Shown here piece after piece: positions 19,870-28,296 of a stretch of 28,296 nt of DNA (within the stretch, counting starts at the first letter, position 1; every line of letters starts with the position of its first letter). Position numbers and translations under genes: made by a program. The notes beneath the pieces are model-generated. The model did not search any database. It was not told the origin of the DNA and saw only the letters and a program-made list of their open reading frames with translations. The stretch is from Octopus sinensis. Taxonomy: Eukaryota. The stretch covers positions 1 to 28,296 of the forward strand of contig NW_021827565.1 in NCBI RefSeq assembly GCF_006345805.1, given 5' to 3'.

Positions 19870-19928
19870 AATAGGACCGATATGTCAATTCTATCCAGAC
19901 TAGTATATCGGTTCTATTCTAGCAAAAA

Positions 19929-19966
19929 CTGTCTGACGAACGGGAACGTGAAACTCAGAGTAACAG
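19929..19966 (+). ncRNA. Minimal type I hammerhead ribozyme with a complete canonical core
   Basis: CTGT-CTGACGA-ACG(GGAA)CGT-GAA-ACTC(A)GAGT-A-ACAG. All core residues present, GNRA loop II, predicted cleavage after GUA at 19962. Confidence 0.85.
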
Positions 19967-20292
19967 GTTTTGTTGAATTTTCTGCTGCTTTAAATAAAGC
20001 ATATTACTCTACCACTGGTATTTGAGTACTCTTTTTTCCACCTTGTTTCACATTTATGTGTTTACTCCGGTATATATATATATATATTAGAAAGAATACA
20101 AGATAAACTCTTATTTTCTATCAGATTAAAGGTTGCACTTAGAAATTCAGGTGTGAGACAAAAAAAAATAAATATACAAGTGAAAGTAACACCAGACAAT
20201 TCAGTCCACAAACAATAATCCAATACGCTTTCATCAATGGAATTGATATAGAAGACTCACCAGAAGCACATACTTATTTATTACATAGAAAT

Positions 20293-20364
20293 TACAACCG
20301 TGTTTCGTGGTCTGCTACCACAACAGCTCCTTTATAGGATCCAGTTAGCTCAAGACATCATCAG
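20293..20364 (-). ncRNA. Degenerate hammerhead-like motif
   Basis: CTGATGA (20364-20358) ... C-GAA-ACA(CGGT)TGT-A. No convincing stem I and an irregular stem II. Confidence 0.3.
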
Positions 20365-21083
20365 GAGTAACCACGTCCGGTTTCGGCCCCTACTCCTCTA
20401 CCATTTTGATGCCCCCCCCCTTTCGGAGGTATCTTCAGCGCTGGTGTTGGATGCATGTCTTCTTTCTTCTTTCTTCTGTTCCCTAGCCTCTTCGATATAT
20501 CGTCAGCGAGTGTCAGCCGGTGACTGACTGACTTGCCAAAATTTTCCTTTAAATAACTGCCGTTAGGCTCCAGCAGGCAGCCCCAGCAAGTTGTCACGTG
20601 ACACTGTCTCACCTTAACTGACTAGTGAAGGCGCGTAGTCTTAGCCCGCGCATTCTCTAAACAACCGTCACCTGTCAGTCAGAGAAGCTGATTCAGTGTC
20701 AGCTTGTCTCACGTAGTGATGTTATTTCCCGCCGACATGTTTTGACTTTCAAGCCATTTTTGGTCTTCCCGCCTCCTTTACTCCTTATTAGTTTTCACAG
20801 CTCGGAGCTAGAAAAAACAAATCTTCTTTTGAAAAGCGTTGTCATTTTAAAATGCATAGATATATTAAAAATATATAGGGTAATTGATACATTTAAAAAT
20901 ATTCCGATATGAACATTGATAGAAGTATATTAAAATATATCGAAGATGCATAAATATATATATATAAGTGGTCCGACTCGCAGAATAAAAAATGAAATTA
21001 ATGAAATGTATTATTCTAAATGTATCATTATATATGCATGTATGTATATATACATGCATACATATATACATACAAATATACGT

Positions 21084-24000
21084 CTATTTTTAACTAATTT
21101 CTATATCTATCTAATTATTTTAACTAATTTATCCATTACCCATCTCGCCTCTCGTGTATTCATCATCCATCGTGTATTCGCGCCTTCTTCCTCCGGACAA
21201 TCTTTATATAAAAAAAAAAACGCAGCCCTAAACTTCTGCTCTTTCATTCATTCATTCATCTAACAGATAAGTTGAATGCTTATTTATTATTTCACTTCCC
21301 CATCAATCATACATGCTTTCTTATCTATCTAACTATTTTTAACTATTTTCTATATCTATCTAATTATTTTAAATAATTTATCCATTACCCATCTCGCCTC
21401 TCGTGTATTCATCAACCAACGTGTATTCGCGCCTTCTTCCTCCAGACAATCTTTATTTAAAAAGAAAAACGCAGCCCCAAACTTCTGCTCTTTCATTCAT
21501 TCATTCATCTAACAGATAAGTTGAATGCTTATTTATTATTTCACTTCCCCATCAATCATACATGTTTTCTTATCTATCTAACTATTTTTAACTAATTTCT
21601 ATATCTATCTAATTATTTTAACTAATTTATCCATTACCCATCTCGCCTCTCGTGTATTCATCAACCATCGTGTATTCGCGCCTTCTTCCTCCGGACAATC
21701 TTTATTTAAAAAAAAAACGCAGCCCCAAACTTCTGCTCTTTCATTCATTCATTCATCTAACAGATAAGTTGAATGCTTATTTATTATTTCACTTCCCCAT
21801 CAATCATACATGCTTTCTTATCTATCTAACTACTTTTAACTAATTTCTATATCTATCTAATTATTTTAACTAATATCCATTACCCATCTCGCCTCTCGTG
21901 TATTCATCAACCATCGTGTATTCGCGCCTTCTTCTCCGGACAATCTTTATTAAAAAAAAAAAACGCAGCCCCAAACTTCTGCTCTTTCATTCATTCATTC
22001 ATCTAACAGATAAGTTGAATGCTTATTTATTATTTCACTTCCCCATCAATCATACATGCTTTCTTATCTATCTAACTATTTTTAACTAATTTCTATATCT
22101 ATCTAATTATTTTAACTAATTTATCCATTACACATCTCGCCTCTCGTGTATTCATCAACCATCGTGTATTCGCGCCTTCTTCCTCCGGACAATCTTTATT
22201 TAAAAAAAAAAAAACGCAGCCCCAAACTTCTGCTCTTTCATTCATTCATTCATCTAACAGATAAGTTGAATGCTTATTTATTATTTCACTTCCCCATCAA
22301 TCATACATGCTTTCTTATCTATCTAACTATTTTTAACTAATTTCTATATCTATCTAATTATTTTAACTAATTTATCCATTACCCATCTCGCCTCTCGTGT
22401 ATTCATCAACATCGTGTATTCGCGCCTTCTTCCTCCGGACAATCTCTATTTAAAAAGAAAAACGCAGCCCCAAACTTCTGCTCTTTCATTCATTCATTCA
22501 TCTAACAGATAAGTTGAATGCTTATTTATTATTTCACTTCCCCATCAATCATACATGCTTTCTTATCTATCTAACTATTTTTAACTAATTTCTATATCTA
22601 TCTAATTATTTTAACTAATTTATCCATTACCCATCTCGCCTCTCGTGTATTCATCAACCATCGTGTATTCGCGCCTTCTTCCTCCGGATAATCTTTATTT
22701 AAAAAAAAAAAAACTCAGCCCCAAACTTCTGCTCTTTCATTCATTCATTCATCTAACAGATAAGTTGAATGCTTATTTATTATTTCACTTCCCCATCAAT
22801 CATACATGCTTTCTTATCTATCTAACTATTTTTAACTAATTTCTATATCTATCTAATTATTTTAACTAATTTATCCATTACCCATCTCGCCTCTCGTGTA
22901 TTCATCAACCATCGTGTATTCGCGCCTTCTTCCTCCGGACAATCTTTATTTAAAAAAAAAAAAACGCAGCCCCAAACTTCTGCTCTTTCATTCATTCATT
23001 CATCTAACAGATAAGTTGAATGCTTATTTATTATTTCACTTCCCCATCAATCATACATGTTTTCTTATCTATCTAACTAATTTTAACTAATTTCTATATC
23101 TATCTATTATTTTAACTAATTATCCATTACCCATCTCGCCTCTCGTGTATTCATCAACCATCGTGTATTCGCGCCTTCTTCCTCCGGACAATCTTTATTT
23201 AAAAAAAAAAACGCAGCCCCAAACTTCTGCTCTTTCATTCATTCATTCATCTAACAGATAAGTTGAATGCTTATTTATTATTTCACTTCCCCATCAATCA
23301 TACATGCTTTCTTATCTATCTAACTATTTTTAACCAAATTCTATATCTATCTAATTATTTTAACTAATTTATCCATTACCCATCTCGCCTCTCGTGTATT
23401 CATCAACCATCGGTATTCGCGCCTTCTTCCTCCGGACAATCTTTATTTAAAAAAAAAAAAAACGCAGCCCCAAACTTCTGCTCTTTCATTCATTCATTCA
23501 TCTAACAGATAAGTTGAATGCTTATTTATTATTTCACTTCCCCATCAATCATACATGCTTTCTTATCTATCTAACTATTTTTAACTAATTTCTATATCTA
23601 TCTAATTATTTTAACTAATTTATCCATTACCCATCTCGCCTCTCGTGTATTCATCAACCATCGTGTATTCGCGCCTTCTTCCTCCGGACAATCTTTATTA
23701 AAAAAAAAAAACGCAGCCCCAAACTTCTGCTCCTTCATTCATTCATTCATCTAACAGATAAGTTGAACGCTTATTTATTATTTCACTTCCCCATCAATCA
23801 TACATGCTTTCTTATCTATGTAACTATTTTAACTAATTTCTATATCTATCTAATTATTTTAACTAATTTATCCATTACCCATCTCGCCTCTCGTGTATTC
23901 ATCAACCATCGTGTATTCGCGCCTTCTTCCTCCGGACAATCTTTATTTAAAAAAAAAAAAACGCAGCCCCAAACTTCTGCTCTTACATTCATTCATTCAT

Positions 24001-27000
24001 CTAACAGATAAGTTGAATGCTTATTTATTATTTCACTTCCCCATCAATCATACATGCTTTCTTATCTATCTAACTATTTTTAACTAATTTCTATATCTAT
24101 CTAATTATTTTAACTAATTTATCCATTACCCATCTCGCCTCTCGTGTATTCATCATCCATCGTGTATTCGCGCCTTCTTCCTCCGGACAATCTTTATTTA
24201 AAAAAAAAAACGCAGGGCAAACTTCTGCTCTTTCATTCATTCATTCATCTAACAGATAAGTTGAATGCTTATTTATTATTTCACTTCCCCATCAATCATA
24301 CATGCTTTCTTATCTATCTAACTATTTTTAACTAATTTCTATATCTATCTAATTATTTTAACTAATTTATCCATTACCCCTCTCGCCTCTCGTGTATTCA
24401 TCAACCATCGTGTATTCGCGCCTTCTTCCTCCAACAATCTTTATTTAAAAAAAAAAACGCAGCCCTAAACTTCTGCTCTTTCATTCATTCATTCATCTAA
24501 CAGATAAGTTGAATGCTTATTTATTATTTCACTTCCCCATCAATCATACATGCTTTCTTATCTATCTAACTATTTTAAACTAATTTCTATATCTATCTAA
24601 TTATTTTAACTAATTTATCCATTACCCATCTCGCCTCTCGTGTATTCATCAACCATCGTGTATTCGCGCCTTCTTCCTCCGGACAATCTTTATTTAAAAA
24701 GAAAAACGCAGCCCCAAACTTCTGCTCTTTCATTCATTCATTCATCTAACAGATAAGTTGAATGCTTATTTATTATTTCACTTCCCCATCAATCATACAT
24801 GCTTTCTTATCTATCTAACTATTTTTAACTAATTTCTATATCTATCTAATTATTTTAACTAATTTATCCATTACCCATCTCGCGTCTCGTGTATTCATCA
24901 ACCATCGTGTATTCGCGCCTTTTCCTCCGGACAATCTTATTTAAAAAAAAAAAGCAGCCCCAAACTTCTGCTCTTTCATTCATTCATTCATCTAACAGAT
25001 AAGTTGAATGCTTATTTATTATTTCACTTCCCCATCAATCATACATGCTTTCTTATTTATCTAACTATTGTTAACTAATTCTATATCTATCTAATTATTT
25101 TAACTAATTTATCCATTACCCATCTCGCCTCTCGTGTATTCATCAACCATCGTGTATTCGCGCCTTCTTCCTCCGGACAATCTTTATTTAAAAAAAACGC
25201 AGCCCCAAACTTCTGCTCTTTCATTCATTCATTCATCTAACAGATAAGTGAATGCTTATTTATTATTTCACTTCCCCATCAATCATACATGCTTTCTTAT
25301 CTATCTAACTATTTTTAACCAAATTCTATATCTATCTAATTATTTTAACTAATTTATCCATTACCCATCTCGCCTCTCGTGTGTATTCATCAACATCGTG
25401 TATTCGCGCCTTCTTCCTCCGGAGAATCTCTATTTAAAAAGAAAAACGCAGCCCCAAACTTCTGCTTTCATTCATTCATTCATCTAACAGATAAGTTGAA
25501 TGCTTATTTATTATTTCACTTCCCCATCAATCATACATGCTTTCTTATCTATCTAATATTTTAAACTAATTTCTATATCTATCTAATTATTTTAACTAAT
25601 TTATCCATTACCCATCTCGCCTCTCGTGTATTCATCAACCATCGTGTATTCGCGCTTCTTCCTCCGGACAATCTTTATTTAAAAAAAAAACGCAGCCCCA
25701 AACTTCTGCTCTTTCATTCATTCATTCATCTAACAGATAAGTTGAATGCTTATTTATTATTTCACTTCCCCATCAATCATACATGCTTTCTTATTTATCT
25801 AACTATTTTTAACTAATTTCTATATCTATCTAATTATTTTAACTAATTTATCCATTACCCATCTCGCCTCTCGTGTATTCATCAACCATCGTGTATTGGC
25901 GCCTTCTTCCTCCGGACAATCTTTATTTAAAAAAAAAAAAAACGCAGCCCCAAACTTCTGCTCTTTCATTCATTCATTCATCTAACAGATAAGTTGAATG
26001 CTTATTATATTTCATTTTTTCCCCATCAATCATACATGCTTTCTTATCTATCAAACTATTTTTAACTAATTTCTATATCTATCTAATTATTTTAACTATT
26101 TATCCATTACCCATCTCGCCTCTCCTGTATTCATCAACCATCGTGTATTCGCGCCTTCTTCCTCCAACAATCTTATTAAAAAAAAAACGCAGCCCTAAAC
26201 TTCTGCTCTTTCATTCATTCATTCATCTAACAGATAAGTTGAATGCTTATTTATTATTTCACTTCCCCATCAATCATACATTCTTTCTTATCTATCTAAC
26301 TATTTTAAACTAATTTCTATTCTATCTAATTATTTTAACTAATTTATCCATTACCCATCTCGCCTCTCGTGTTATTCATCAACCATCGTGTATTCGCGCC
26401 TTCTTCCTCCGGACAATCTTTATTTAAAAAGAAAAACGCAGCCCCAAACTTCTGCTCTTTCATTCATTCATTCATCTAACAGATAAGTTGAATGCTTATT
26501 TATTATTTCACTTCCCCATCAATCATACATGCTTTCTTATCTATCTAACTATTTTTAACTAATTTCTATATCTATCTAATTATTTTAACTAATTTATCCA
26601 TTACCCATCTCGCGTCTCGTGTATTCATCAACCATCGTGTATTCGCGCCTTCTTCCTCCGGACAATCTTTATTTAAAAAAAAAACGCAGCCCCACTTCTG
26701 CTCTTTCATTCATTCATTCATCTAACAGATAAGTTGAATGCTTATTTATTATTTTACTTCCCATCAATCATACATGCTTTCTTATTTATCTAACTATTTT
26801 TAACTAATTTCTATATCTATCTAATTATTTAACTAATTTATTTATTACCATCCATCCATCTCGCCTCTCGTGTATTCATCAACCATCGTGTATTCGCGCC
26901 TTCTTCCTCCGGACAATCTTTATTAAAAAAAAAAACGCAGCCCCAAACTTCTGCTCTTTCATTCATTCATTCATCTAACAGATAAGTTGAATGCTTATTT

Positions 27001-28296
27001 ATTATTTCACTTCCCCATCAATCATACATGCTTTCTTATCTATCTAACTATTTTTAACCAAATTCTATATCTATCTAATTATTTTAACTAATTTATCCAT
27101 TACCCATCTCGCCTCTCGTGTATTCATCAACCATCGTGTATTCGCGCCTTCTTCCTCCGGAGAATCTCTATTTAAAAAGAAAAACGCAGCCCCAAACTTC
27201 TGCTCTTTCATTCATTCATTCATCTAACAGATAAGTTGAATGCTTATTTATTATTTCACTTCCCCATCAATCATACATGCTTTCTTATCTATCTAACTAT
27301 TTTTAACTAATTTCTATATCTATCTAATTATTTTAACTATTTTATCCATTACCCATCTCGCCTCTCGTGTATTCATCAACCATCGTGTATTCGCGCCTTC
27401 TTCCTCCGGACAATCTTTATTCAAAAAAAAAAACGCAGCCCCAAACTTCTGCTCTTTCATTCATTCATTCATCTAACAGATAAGTTGAATGCTTATTTAT
27501 TATTTCACTTCCCCATCAATCATACATGCTTTCTTATTTATCTAACTATTTTTAACTAATTTCTATATCTATCTAATTATTTTAACTAATTTATCCATTA
27601 CCCATCTCGCCTCTCGTGTATTCATCAACCATCGTGTATTCGCGCCTTCTTCCTCCGGACAATCTTATTTAAAAAAAAAAAAACGCAGCCCCAAACTTCT
27701 GCTCTTTCATTCATTCATTCATCTAACAGATAAGTTGAATGCTTATTTATTATTTCACTTCCCCATCAATCATACATGCTTTCTTATCTATCTAACTATT
27801 TTAAACTAATTTCTATATCTATCTAATTATTTTAACTAATTTATCCATTACCCATCTCGCCTCTCGTGTATTCATCAACCATCGTGTATTCGCGCCTTCT
27901 TCCTCCGGATAATCTTTATTTAAAAAAAAAAAACTCAGCCCCAAACTTCTGCTCTTTCATTCATTCATTCATCTAACAGATAAGTTGAATGCTTATTTAT
28001 TATTTCACTTCCCCATCAATCATACATGCTTTCTTATCTATCTAACTATTTTTAACTAATTTCTATATCTATCTAATTATTTTAACTATTTTATCCATTA
28101 CCCATCTCGCCTCTCCTGTATTCATCAACCATCGTGTATTCGCGCCTCTTCCTCCAACAATCTTTATTAAAAAAAAAAAACGCAGCCCTAAACTTCTGCT
28201 CTTTCATTCATTCATTCATCTAACAGATAAGTTGAATGCTTATTTATTATTTCACTTCCCCATCAATCATACATGCTTTCTTATCTATCTAACTAT
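21084..28296 (+). repeat. Tandem satellite array, ~250-bp monomer, ~29 copies, continuing past the window end
   Basis: ATCCATTACCCATCTCGCC recurs at 21131, 21380, 21629 and onward. Copies are near-identical apart from poly-A length and a few diagnostic variants. Confidence 0.99.

Noticed and set aside
21652-25564. Repeated 61-82 aa ORFs (MYSSTIVYSRLLPP...)
   Set aside because: By-products of the satellite; most begin at non-ATG codons, and the frame depends on poly-A length.
21084-28296. CRISPR array or hammerhead-bearing satellite
   Set aside because: Whole monomers repeat with no unique spacers, and the context is eukaryotic. No CUGANGA plus GAAA core was found on either strand of the monomer; TTGATGA on the minus strand has no partner.

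Overview
Eukaryotic, AT-rich, repeat-dense DNA with no intact host gene. The SINE families, RTE 3' UTR and microsatellite load resemble octopus DNA; this is an inference from recalled repeat families. From 1 to about 21 kb the window is a mosaic of decayed mobile elements: a CR1/L2-group LINE (two pieces), a long-TIR MITE, a non-autonomous Helitron, a full-length but dead DD34D mariner plus a 5' fragment, a piggyBac-type MITE, several tRNA-derived SINEs (one split by an RTE LINE) and Penelope-like (PLE) sequence with a GIY-YIG ORF missing from the ORF track. From about 21.1 kb to the end is a ~250-bp tandem satellite with a 7-monomer higher-order repeat. The most interesting signal is a cluster of hammerhead ribozyme (HHR) motifs at 16.0-20.4 kb. 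One sits inside a tRNA-headed, Pol III-type SINE that carries an inverted copy of its own 3' end, which suggests a SINE mobilised by Penelope machinery. The LINE and two SINEs also share a 3' tail whose hairpin shape is kept despite sequence change. Most short ORFs in the track are microsatellite or satellite artefacts. All alignments and folds were done by eye, so coordinates may be off by a few bases.
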